A stretch of DNA of 64,000 bases from Octopus vulgaris (lineage: Eukaryota). Position numbers and translations under genes: made by a program. Below the pieces are notes generated by a model that had not been told where the DNA came from, made no database searches, and saw nothing but the letters and a program-made list of their open reading frames with translations. The DNA is taken from NCBI GenBank assembly GCA_951406725.2, contig OX597827.1, forward strand, positions 4,588,001-4,652,000, given 5' to 3'. Below, one piece after another: positions 14,481 through 26,962 of the stretch; positions within the stretch are counted from its first letter, which is position 1; every line of letters starts with the position of its first letter.

Positions 14481-16636
14481 TTAATAATAATGATGATAAC
14501 TAACAAAATACCTAGGATTAGATGAAGAAAAATTAGAAATGCATGTCTCAGCAGATTTAGAGAAATAGAATAACACACCTGAATAAACTGAACTAAATAC
14601 TTCAGTCATAACTTAAAACTTCAGCATCATAAATTGGAATTAAGCAAATTAATCATCCCTTTGCAGAATATATGTCATGCATGCAAGAAGAAAGATGTTT
14701 TGTTGAAGTGGAATTGTGATAAAGAAGAAACAAGGATTATCAGCATGTTAAAGAAAGATGAAAATGTTTTATCATATTTTAGGAAATTACTAAATATAAA
14801 TTATTTAGCTAAATATATTGAGAAAATGTTTATGGTAAAGATGCAATAACAGAAAAATAAAAAAAAAAATCAGAATTGGAATATAAGAAAGAAAAACTCT
14901 AAAAGTGACTAAAGTAAAACTGAAAAAACAAACAAAAAATAGAAGGCTTGAAACTTTCAGAAAAAGAAGAAAAAAAACAAAGATATGGTATGATGTTAGT
15001 TTCTGAGAATAGTAACTATAGCGACTAAGAAAAAGAAAAAAAGAAAAAAACTAGAAAACAAAGAAGTGGTTGATGTAATTTCAAATTATGAAGGTAACAT
15101 TAAGCATCAATACAGTATCTCATCTCAGATTGACCAGTTTTTGTAAAGACTAGAGATATTAACAACAGCAACCAAAGAGATATTTGTATCCATTGCATAA
15201 TAAGCTATTTTAAAATCAAAACAGAAAGTATATATCCAACAATAGTAGAGCTACACTAGTTTTTCTACTACATGCCTGATAAAAAAGATGATAAAGATAT
15301 CAAGGCAAATGGATAAAATGAACTTAATAAAATATGGATAATCATAATGCAGACAATACTAAAAGTAACTGATGCACTTAGAATGATAAAAAAAAAGAGC
15401 ACCTCAGTACATTATCAGGCTTCACAAAATTGTACACAATCTGAAAATAATTTGGCACTTAATATAATAGTTATAACTCTTGCAACAAAGAAAAGCATCA
15501 ATGTAAAATAGTACTTAAAACCATAAAAATATTGACAGCAACCCAACCATCACCACAACAACAAAGTAAGGCTATATACTTTTGTGGAAAAACTAACTAA
15601 TGTTACAAAGGAGATCTTTCATGGAACTATGGAAAAAAAATATTACAATAACAATACTGATAAAAGCATCTCACATAATCTATATAAAGCTTTGCATAAA
15701 CTGATACATCAAATGCATTAAAGCTAAGACAAAATACAGTGGGTGCCAGAGGTACCGGAAGTTTGAGTTTAGTGGTTCTGGAACAAACTACATTGAAATG
15801 ATCAATAATTTAAATAATAATAATTATTATTTCAAATTTTTGCCACCAGGGTAGCTTGGAGGAGGTGGGGATGAGTTGGTTTTACTGGTACTTATTTTAT
15901 TGACTCCGAAGTGATGAATAGCAAAGTTGACCATGGCAGAATTTGAACTCAGAACGTAGCGATGAATTGAACTCAGAAATGCTGCTAAGCATTTCGTCCA
16001 GCATGCTAATGATTTCTGCTACCTCACTACCTTTAGATAAGAATGCTAATAATTTCTAATTTGGATAATAATGAAGTGCACAGGGCTGCATATTTTAGGA
16101 GGAATGGCTCAGTTTATTGAATTTATCTTAGTACTTGACCCTTTTTTATTTTATCAACTTAGTTTGGAAAGACAAAATCTGAAGCCAACTTCAAAAGGAT
16201 TTGAACACAATATGTAAAGAAAATGCAACTAAATACTGAAAAGCATTTAATTCATTACATTACTGTTTTGCCATAAACTAACCTGTAAAATGATAATTTC
16301 TTTAATAATAATAATGGTTTCAAATTTTGGCACAAGGCCAGCAGTTTTGGGGATGGGGTAGGTTGATTACATTGACCCCAGTGCTCAATTGCTACTTGTT
16401 TTATTGACCCTGAAAGGATGAAAGGCAATTTTGGCAGATTTTGAACTAAGAAAGTAAAAATCAATGATATACTGCTAAGCATTTTGCCTAGCTTGTTAAC
16501 AATTCTGCCACCTTGCTGCCTCAATAATAATAATAATAATGATAATAATGGTTTGAAATTTTAGTTCAAGTCCAACAATTTCAAGGGAGGAGTAAATCAA
16601 TTACATCGATCCCAATATTTGACTGGTACTCATTTT

Positions 16637-18571
16637 GGTGCTATATCTTTTCGTCCAATGTCACTTCATCCACATCTTTTGGTCCAACCTCTATTTGTCT
16701 GATGATTTATTTTTGTCCAACATCTTTTTGTCTAATTTTAAATAAATTCTTTAGAACAGAGGGTGAAATATCTCTAATGAAATATTCACAGAACTATAAC
16801 GAGCCTCGTTATAGGATTGTTATTATCGTTCTTTTTCCTTCTCTGTGAACAGTTTTATTTTCTCTTTTTCCTTTCCTCTCCTAAGTATGGTGCCTTGAAT
16901 AAAGAGTGCTGCAAATTTAGTGTACACATTTTTAATTTACCCATCCTAAAATGACAAAGTTCATAGTATCGACCAAAAGAAAAGAAAAGTAGTTGATAAA
17001 AGTAATTACAGCTATGATTTTCATTCAAGCAATACAAAACTAGGAAAAGAATACTGGAGATGTAAGAAAAGAAGGCTGTGTTCAGTGCGAATTCACACAG
17101 TAATGGAAAACAATGAGACAAAAATTATTTCTTTTTCTAGTGAGCATCTTCATCTAGCTAATGTAGGTTCATTAAATGGTAGAAAAGCAGTCGCAGGAAT
17201 AAAGCATGAAGCAGTGGAAAACATAGCAGCAAGTTCGTGTAGTATGATAGTGACTAAGTTTACGCAGCTAACAGAAAATACTTGCTCTCAACTTCCTTGT
17301 TTGCCTGTACTTTCAAGGACAATTCAAAGGTGCTGACAAAAAGATTCTGGATTTGCCGCTAATCCAGGGGCTAGAACTGGTTTTGAAATACGAGAAGAAT
17401 ATTGTACACTTGATAATGGTGCATTGTTTCTGAGACATGATTCAAGTATTGAGGATCAACAGCACATGCTAGTATGTGCATGAGAAAGTGCTCTTCAAGA
17501 TATAGCAGCAAATCATCAGTGGTCATGTGATGGAACATTCAAAATTGTGCAAGTTAAAGGCAGCAGTTTTCCACAAGTCTTTGCATTACTGCCTAATAAA
17601 ACAAAGCAGACATGCAAATTATTTATCGAGCAATTGAAAATTATTATAACCTAATGCATATCTGCTTGATCTCGTGGCAGATTTCAAAGTTGCTGTTCAT
17701 AAAGCATTTAATTCATCATTCCCTAATTCCCTATAGTGGCATGTTTGTTACATCTGAGCCAATCAGTATTTTGAAGAATTACAGATTTAAGCCTCAAAGA
17801 AAAATACAATAAAGACTCGGAATTCTCTCTTAAAATTCGATGTTTTTCAGTATTAGCCCTCCTACCTGTTGAAGATGTCGAAGAGGCCTATGAAGAATTT
17901 ATAGACAATGAAGAATTACCTGCTTAATTCATAGCTGACTTTGACTTGACTTACATAGGTGTTGTGAGAGGATGTGGTGCTAGACGAAGGAGAGAACCAC
18001 CTACATTCCCGATAGCTGTATGGAATGTTAATTAGCGTATTCTTCAAGATCTTCCCAGAACAAATAATGCTGCAGAGGGGTTTCATTCTGTGATATAGCG
18101 TTTGGTGGGTGGAGCACATTTGAATATTTGGAAATTAATCAAAACTCTGAAGGAAGGGGGAGGGTTCATTCAAGGTAAAATGACTCAAATTCTTTGAGGA
18201 GATCTGTCAGATTCATATACACGATATTGAAGAATAAGTGAATGCCGCAAAAGATTGGTCATTGAATATGGGTCAACAAGAAAAATTGATTTTGTGAAGA
18301 GTGTGGCATATAATTTGCATCAATTTTAAGTGATCATAATAAATCATTAGTTATATCTTATTACTTTTTTAAAATACATTTTCCCATTGTATTTTATTTG
18401 AATCCTATCAATAAAATTCTTAATGATTATTTGATTTTGATGTTCACCTCGTTTTCTAAAGAGTTTATTTAAAATTGGACAAAAAAATCAATGGACAAAA
18501 AGATATTGGACCAAAAGACGTGGGCGAAGTGATGTTGGGCATAGTGACAGTGGATGAAAAGTCGGGTCATG
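16637..18571 (+). mobile_element. Mutator-like (MULE) DNA transposon, decayed, nested in a SINE
   Basis: Long degenerate TIRs with subterminal tttgtcca repeats and an 8-bp TSD ctcatttt (16629-16636, 18572-18579). Transposase motifs WSCDGTFKIV, FALLPNKTK and RTNNAAEGFH, with stops and frameshifts. Confidence 0.85.
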
Positions 18572-18971
18572 CTCATTTTATTGACCCCGAAAAGATGAAA
18601 AGCAAAGTCAACCTTGGTGGAATTTGATCTCAGAATGTAAAGACATGAATAACCACTAAACATTTTGTCCAGCTAACGATAACGGCAGCTCACTGCCTTA
18701 ATAATACTAATAATGATAATAATAATGATATTGACAACCGCCATAAAATTTGGGGAGGTGTGTAGTCAAGTTTATTCATCCTGTACTTGTAATTTTATTC
18801 ACCACATTCCTGTCCAAAAGAAAAACAAAGCTGACCCCTATGGAATTGGAATTCAAAATATTAAGATATTTAATTAAATACTACAACACTACATTTTTTA
18901 AATATTCCACCACTTTTATCATGATAATATTGGGTTATTCCAGTAAATAAATTATAATATATATATATATA

Positions 18972-19357
18972 TTAGGAAGCACTCCGTCGGTTACGACGAC
19001 GAGGGTTCCAGTTGATCCGAATCAACGGAACAGCCTGCTTGTGAAATTAACGTGTAAGTGGTTGAGCACTCCACAGACACGTGTACCCTTAACGTAGTTC
19101 TTGGGGATATTCAGCGTGACACAGAGAGTGACAAGGCCGGCCCTTTGACATACAGGTACAACAGAAACAGGAAGTAAGAGTGAGAGAAAGTTGTGGTGAA
19201 AGAGTACAGCAGGGATCACCACCATCCCCTGCCGGAGCCTCGTGGAGCTTTTAGGTATTTTCGCTCAATAAACACTCACAACGCCCGGTCTGGGAATCGA
19301 AACCGAGATCCTACGACCGCGAGTCCACTGCCCTAACCACTGGGCCATTGCGCCTCC
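18972..19357 (-). mobile_element. tRNA-derived SINE (third family) in (TA)n
   Basis: Head ggaggcgcaatggcccagtggttagg...ggtttcgattccc with A/B boxes and a CpG-rich body. Confidence 0.8.
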
Positions 19358-20714
19358 ATATATATATATATATATATAAAATGAACATAGTTCAGTTTAG
19401 TAAAGCAGATGAAAAGATGCTGAATAACATAATAAAAATATACTATCTTTAAACAAGTAAATAATGGCGGGCTATTCACAAGAAAATATGGAGGATGAGA
19501 CATCAAAAGTATGGGAGATTTGTATGTTCTTAAAAACAAGAGTAGAGTGTCATATGACAATAAAAAGTTGCACTTGGCCACTAACTTTGCAGATAGCAAG
19601 AAAAGTAAAAACATGAAAAGGTCCAACTCAATTTGAAATGGAAGAAAATCGATTTGTTTAGTGTTATATTAGGGTAAGTTTAGTGACAGATAAGTAAGAC
19701 TGAATGTGAAAAAACAAACTGGAAGGTAGATGTAGGAAAATCTGAAGTGGAAACTGCAAAAGAATACAGAAAAAGTACAAATTCAGCAGCTTAGCTATTA
19801 AATTTTGAAGGATGAAGAATGTAGCATTTAAAAAGAAATAGCTATATATATATATAGCTCAACTTTAGTGTGGAATCCTGTGACGTTATTCTGGCCGTAG
19901 CATGACTTACATGCATGGTTGACTTTGTTTAAACAAGATCATAGAAGAAATTAAGACAGTTGAATATAATATTGGATGTATGCTAAGTTATTCATGGAAA
20001 ACAAAGAGAGAAAAATACACTAGTATTTACTGAATGTGTAAAATACTAACTAAAATATTGTTAAAAGACTCAACTGATATATGTCCTGATAGTATTTTGA
20101 GAAAATGAATTAGGACGCATGAAATAAATTCTATGGTGTAAAATGAAATGGATGAGAAAAAACAAATTAGTGAACAAGGATGTTATCGTACGTACTAAAT
20201 AATTGCTGCTAGAAGATCCATATTCTATTTTGGAAAATAAGTGCAGAAAAAGCTCACATGAATCATTGATGTGACTGGATTTAATAAGAAAATCTTTCAA
20301 GAAAGTGAAAACAGGAAATTACTAATACTTAACTTTTGAAATCCATGAAAGGAGATGATATATAATGAAGATTGCATCAGTTGTGTTCGTTTAACTAAAT
20401 TGAGATATGGTTGAATTTGAAAGACGGGTCAGAGAAATGATTTAAGAGATTGTGACCAATGAAGTCTAGGAATATACAGAAAGCTACCAAATAAATGGAT
20501 GGGGGAAAGAAAATTCGTGCAGGAGTGTGGAGACAAACTGAATAACCTTACTCTGAATCTTAAAAAAACTTTAAAATAATCTGGCTTGATGTGGGACTAC
20601 AACAATCAATAATATTTTTAAAATAGGCATAAATTTGATTAAGTAAACTTGTTAGAAGGATGGGGGCCAAAGTTGCTTTCATCCATTGTTGTTATAATAA
20701 TAATAATAATAATA

Positions 20715-20752
<38 letters not shown>

Positions 20753-22559
20753 AATAATGATAAGGAGAATCCTTACTACAAAAGGCACAAAGCCTGAAAT
20801 TTTGGTGGGAGGGAACTAGTCGATTACATCGACCCCAGTGTTTCACTGCTACTCAATTTATCAACCCTAAAAGGATGAAAGGCAAAGTCAACCCTGGCAG
20901 CATTTGAACTCAGAATGTGAAGACAATAATATTAATAATAATAATAATGATAATAATAATAATAATAATAATTACCAATCCATTTAATTTTACACTGCTC
21001 ACCTACACATTTATGTGTTAGTAATTGTCATTGATGGAGTGGAAGAATCACAAGAATATCAGACAAATACTTGCAGTATTTGTTCTAGTTCTTCACATTC
21101 TGAATTCAAACCATGTTGAGATTGACTGTGCCTTTCATCTGGAGTCAATAAAATAAGTATCAGTTAAGTATATATTTGACTTCTCTCTCCTCCAAAATTT
21201 GTAGTCTTCTGATTCTTGTGTTCCAAAGCATATGACACAATTCTGAGAAAATTGGTCTGTTACCAAGTTTTACAAATTTCAACCATAGCTAATTGACACA
21301 CATCAAGAAGTATTCCCAAACTTTCTGCTTCTCATGAGGATTCTAACACCCCTTAATGGGGGCCTGAACTCCCAAATTTTAGTAATTTTTTAATGATCCA
21401 AAACTAGGTCAAAGGTACTGAATGGATCTTTATTAAAATTTTGAAATTATATTCTATGCATAAGGACAGATGTAATGCAGTATATCTTTGAAAGTGAGGG
21501 GAAATAAATGAGACCATAACCCTCACGAAAATTCATATACTTTTGCTGTTGATGAAATTTTAGCCATAATGAAGCAATATTTCTAAAATTTCATATTCTT
21601 TGAAGTTAGTAACACTAACTATGGGGCTTAACACCCATAATTTAGTCATTTTTTCCTTAGCCAAGACAAATACAATTGTACTCTTGGAAGCTGTAGGGTC
21701 ACCCAAGCATACAAGATGAGCGTTATTTGTAATTCAGTGGTACAACAGTGTAAGACTTTGCTTTGAGATATACTTAGATTGTGATTTCTGCAATGTGGTG
21801 CATAAATTGTCATGTAAAGGAGAGACATCTTTGCCTCCACTGATTCAGTTGCAAAATGTTAAGTAAAGTTATTTGGTTGCCCACCTCCTTTGAGTCATTT
21901 TATTATCAGAGATAGTGCCCAGATGGTAACATTGATTTCAGGGCCTTCTCAGAGAAGTGACTGGTTATTCAAAGAGATTTATAGATTGCAAATTTATTCT
22001 GTCCAGTTACCTATTGGCACAGTGATCATTGGTAAACGTCAGAGATGAGACTTCCATTTTCCCTTAGCTCTCATGTCTCACAGTTATTAATGTTTATTTC
22101 AGTTGGGTCACATCCTTCCAATTGCTATATATCCGTAATGCATCTTACGGTGGTGCCTGTCACCTGTATAATAAAGAATCTTACATTGGGGAGTGGTAAC
22201 GACTAGGGTAGGGTAGCTGACTGCTGATTGTTATTAATCATCTTTTGGTTTCCTCTAGCTTTGCTCTCATTTACAAACCCAGTGAACATGCATATATTTC
22301 AGATTTCAAAGAAATTTGAACAATAGATATAAGACCCAAGTTAAAAAGCTTCGAACAATTTAACTTCTCTGGTTGACTTTAAGAACCCCCACCCCTATAG
22401 GGACCTTAACTCCAACATTTTAGAGCTCCATGAGCTCCATTTTTCAGGAGCAAAAACCTTTCAATAGGTTCCATAAGATTTGAATTTTGGAATTTGGGCA
22501 TAATGATGAGTAGCATGGGATAAATGTTTCAGGATTAGAATTTTTGTTAAGGTGTGTAA

Positions 22560-22707
22560 AAAGGGAAAGAACCCTCATTAAAATTCTTCATCTGCGATTT
22601 TGATGAAATTTGAATTACAGGTATTCCAGTTCATTAGAGAAAATAGAAAAGAAAAGTCTAATTCTTCAATTCCATGTGACACAGGCAACGCCGGGCATCT
22701 CTGCTAG
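22560..22707 (+). mobile_element. Helitron-like 3' terminus (5' boundary not resolved)
   Basis: caggcaacgccgggcatctctgCTAG|T resembles the 3' end of the Helitron family above. Confidence 0.55.
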
Positions 22708-23501
22708 TCATAAATAGTTTTGAGATTTTGATGTTATGATTTTATATTTTTAGAATGACATTGTAGGTGTGAGAAACCAGATCTAACCAGTCTGAATGAG
22801 GAGAATAATTGGACCAAATATGACCAGGGTAAATGCTAAAGGGATAAGCCCTTTTTTATTTTTTTTTTTAACAACAATCTAATCAAGAAAGTAGCACACT
22901 ATTATTCTGAATGTAGTTTTGTCTGAATGTTCTATACAGAAGAAAAACTGCTACAATATCTGAAAGTTGTGCAACATAGGTAGAATAATTAGTTATTTTG
23001 CTGGTTCCTTATATAGAGTTTTACTATAATAGTAGCATATCAAAGTGTGTAAAAACAATAACCATAGAAAAAAAAGAATTTTAAAGATAATTGATTAATT
23101 ACACAAATATAGTACTGCTGAAGTTCAATTTATTATAGCAAAGCAAAAAAAAAATCTTATGTTATGGATAGTAAAGTCCTAATAAAACAATTTGAAATGT
23201 GTTTGTCCAGCTGAAAGACTGGTTAAATAATGGCATGAATGACAAGACATCTTTAAAAATTTACTTTCAATACGTCAAAATGATTGAAGTTCATTTCCCT
23301 CCCCCTTTTTTTTTATTTTTGTCAAAGGAATGGTATTTACATGGAAAAGGAATTAATTGCAACTGTCTAATCTGAAAACGAACAGTGATGTTTGTCATAA
23401 ACACCAAAACTTGGAAAACTAAAATTAAAATCACAAAAGTGAAAACAAATATGTGAAACTTAATGGATATCTTCAATAGCTATGTAAATTAGATTACTTA
23501 C

Positions 23502-25904
23502 TTGATGCAATTCAGGAGTAATACATTGTAGCTGTACTCCTAATGATGACCCTTTCCAACTCTGTCCAGGTTTGTATATGGAGTGAGGATCTCTTCGAAA
23601 AAGAGCTGTTTTAGAATTTCTTATTTGTTTTGGATCTGATAAGATTGCAACAGGAACATCATATTTTGGAGAGTCTTGTTCACAAACGTATCCAGATGGC
23701 CTTCTCTCACCAACAAAGTCTTGAGTAGCACCATAATGGTTTTCTTTTTGATTTCTTTTATGAACAACACAAACAATTACAGAAACTACAATAGCAACAG
23801 AAACTATCACTGCTGCTACTACTATAATAATCATCAAATTAATATGTATTCTGTTGTCTGATTCTGTATCTTCAGAGATGTACATTTTGGCTGTTGTATT
23901 GCTAACAGTTAGTGTCAAAGACAGTGTAGTGGTTGCTGATAAAACTGGTGTACCATTATCTTTGACAGCTAATTTTAGATTATATGATCCAGCATCATTT
24001 TGGTAAACTGTACGAGAGAAAGACAAAACTCCAGTATAATGGTTAACTTTGAATAACTGTTTGTCATTGCCTCCAAGTATTTCATACCTGAGGAAAGCAT
24101 TAACATGTTTGTCTCTGTCGGAGGCTCTTAATGTTGTGATGTCACTCTTACTCTGTGGATGGTGATGGAAATCTAGATTGAAAGGGTTAACACTAGGGAA
24201 AGTAAAATAGGGAGTATTATCATTTTTGTCCATAACTTCAACAACAACGTTAGCTGTGTTGTTAAGAGATGGTGTACCATTATCTTTTACTAACACTTTA
24301 AATCTGTAAATGTCATGTTGTTCACGGTCTAAAGACTGAGTAGTTGATATGAATCCTAAATGAGAGATTTTAAAGGGAAGAACACTCCCATCTCTGCTTA
24401 TAAGAAAATAAGATAATTCACCTCCTGATCCAAGATCAGGGTCGGTTGCATTGATGAAGCCTACTGGAAAATTTCTATTTTCATTTTCATAGGTTAAAAA
24501 TTCAAAAGTATCTTTAGTAAATGTTGGTTGTACATCATTAACATCTGATACTTGCACTGAAAATCGTTTCTCAGTTTTTAATGGTGGAGATCCTTTGTCT
24601 TCACATGTGATGGTAAAATCTATGTGGTTTTCTACTTCTCTGTCAACTGTTTTCTTAATAACAACTTTATACTTTTTACGTGCAAGAGCCTGAAGTTGAA
24701 AGTGATCATGATTAATATAACAAGAAACTTCATTATCATCTGTGACCTTTACATAAGCAATAAAGTTACCAACTTTTACACCCTCTGAAATGCTTGGCAA
24801 ATTTTCTGGTGATTTTGCTATAAAATTCATATCTATATCAGGAGGGTTGTTCTCTTGATTATTTATATTAACTAAAACCAGAGCAACTGAACCTAAGGAA
24901 GGATTACCTCCATCCTTTGCTTTAACAAACAATTTATATACCTTCTTGGAACCTGTTGGAAACTTTTGCACCACCCAGATTTCCCCTGTTGATTCATTTA
25001 ATTTAAAATAGGCTCTGGCACTCTCTGATGTTTTGGGACTGAATTTGTACATTACTTTGCCATTTTCACCAGCATCCAAATCAGTTGTAGTTAAAGTGAC
25101 TATAGGTGTTGATCGTTGATAACCATTTTTGATAGAAACATTGTAAATATTTTGGGAGAAGACTGGAGAGTTGTCATTTTCATCTCGAACTGATATTTGG
25201 AGATTAAGAACACCTTCTCTAGGGGGATGGCCTCCATCTTTTGCAATAACTTGAAGCTGATAAGAATCTTGTACTTCTCTGTCAAGTTTCTCTTGTAAAA
25301 TAATACCAATTTTGGAAGTACCATCCATATTTTTTGAAACTGATAATGTGAAAAGATCATCATTATTGTTCTTTAGTAAATATGTTATTTGTGAATTTTG
25401 TATACCTACATCTTTGTCTATGGCATTAGGTATAGATTTTTTTGTTCCTTTGCCATCAGTTTCATAAAATTCAAGTTCAATTTCTTTGTTTCGAAATTCT
25501 GGCTTGTTGTCATTTATATCTTCAATAATAATTTTGACTTCCAATATTTTAATAAAATATTTTTTCTGTTGAACTGCAACATCTACCATTTTGAAACATT
25601 CTACATTGTATTTACAAAGAGTTTCTGCATCTAGTCTTTGAGCTGTATATAATTTGCCTGTTTTAGTGACATTGAACAACTTTGACGTGTTTGTATTCTC
25701 TTGGTGAAGCTGACTGAACCAAATATTGCTGTCATCCTTTGGAGATATGATGCCTAATAGTTTTGTATCTGCTGCAATATCACCAACAAAAGTTCCTGGG
25801 TCATTCTCTTCATCTATACGATATACACGATCTGCACAGAGGGATGTTTCCAGAATAAGCAACAACAAAGACACTTCAGTTAGCATGTTTTCGCATATGG
25901 ACAT
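23502..25904 (-). CDS. Protocadherin, large coding exon (signal peptide, 6 EC repeats, TM, proximal cytoplasmic tail)
   Basis: 814-aa ORF with a signal peptide (MLTEVSLLLLILETSLCA), EC1 Cys-X5-Cys loop (CKYNVEC), LDRE/LDAE, DxD and DxNDN motifs defining six repeats, and a TM helix (LMIIIVVAAVIVSVAIVVSVIVCVV). Acceptor ttcatttctgtaccatttcag| places the exon start at 25931. Donor CAA|gtaagt follows codon 801 (exon end 23502, phase 0). Start could be the ATG at 25904 or 25886. Confidence 0.96.
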
Positions 25905-26016
25905 CTTTCTTGGAAAGAATCATGAATGCATCTGAAATGGTACAGAAATGAATATTAACAATTATTGAAATATACACGTATTTATTTTATCAAATCGGTT
26001 TATGTTAATCATAAAG

Positions 26017-26392
26017 CTCTTTACTCTTTAATCTTTTACTTGTTTCAGTCATTTGACTGCGGCCATGCTGGAGCACCGCCTTTAGACGAGCAAATCGACC
26101 CCAGGACTTATTCTTTGTAAGCCCAGTACTTATTTTATCGGTCTATTTTGCCGAACCGTTGTCAAACAATGCTAGTGGGACAAACACAGACACACACACA
26201 CACACACATATATATATACATATATACGACGGGCTTCTTTCAGTTTCCATCTACCAAATCCACTCACACGGCTTTGGTCGGCCCGAGGCTATAGTAGAAG
26301 ACACTTGCCCAACATGCCATGCAGTGGGACTGAACCCGGAACCATGTGGCTGGTAAGCAAGCTACTTACCACACAGCCACTCCTGCGCCTAT
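26017..26392 (-). mobile_element. SINE family A (internal deletion), ~85 bp upstream of the exon acceptor
   Basis: Matches 5372-5811. Confidence 0.9.
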
Positions 26393-26725
26393 AATTTCAT
26401 GTTCCTAAAGCATGTATAATTTCTACCTTTTCATCTTTCTATGTTTTCTAACATTGATTAATTTATAGAATATGGAGAATATCTATTTAGACAGACTGTG
26501 AATTTCTTCAGTGTTCTCTTGATTCCTTTTCTTTTGCTCAGATTTGAAATAAAATGTGAACTGTTACTATGACTGTGAATATCAGTTATCAGAAAAGCTA
26601 AGACATATAGTAAGGGTTCTCAATTCAGACATAATGTTAGCGATTTGGAGTGGAGAATAGTTGCCATTTGCCTGGTACTTGATTAGGATTTTGCAGCTGT
26701 GGCTGCACCCTATCTTAGGATAATA

Positions 26726-26962
26726 AGGTGGCGAGCTAGCAGAACCGTTAACCGTTAGCACACCGGGCGAAATACGTAGCCGTATTTCGTCTGTCATTAC
26801 GATCCGAGTTCAAATTCCGCCGAGGTCGACTTTGCCTTTCATCCTTTCAGGGTCGATAAATTAAGTACCAGTTACGCACTGGGATCGATATAATCGACTT
26901 AATCCGTTTGTCTGTCCTTGTTTGTCCCCTCTGTGTTTAGCCCCTTGTGGGTAATAAAGAAA
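26726..26962 (+). mobile_element. SINE family B, young copy
   Basis: Reverse-complement match to 9085-9317 and 13372-13625. Confidence 0.9.

Noticed and set aside
19285-19357. tRNA-like sequences (also 63360-63439 and the SINE-A heads)
   Set aside because: A/B boxes are present, but there is no complete cloverleaf and they continue into SINE bodies.
23291-25935. Short ORFs overlapping or abutting the protocadherin exon in other frames and strands
   Set aside because: Shadow ORFs of the real CDS or low-complexity AT-rich sequence.
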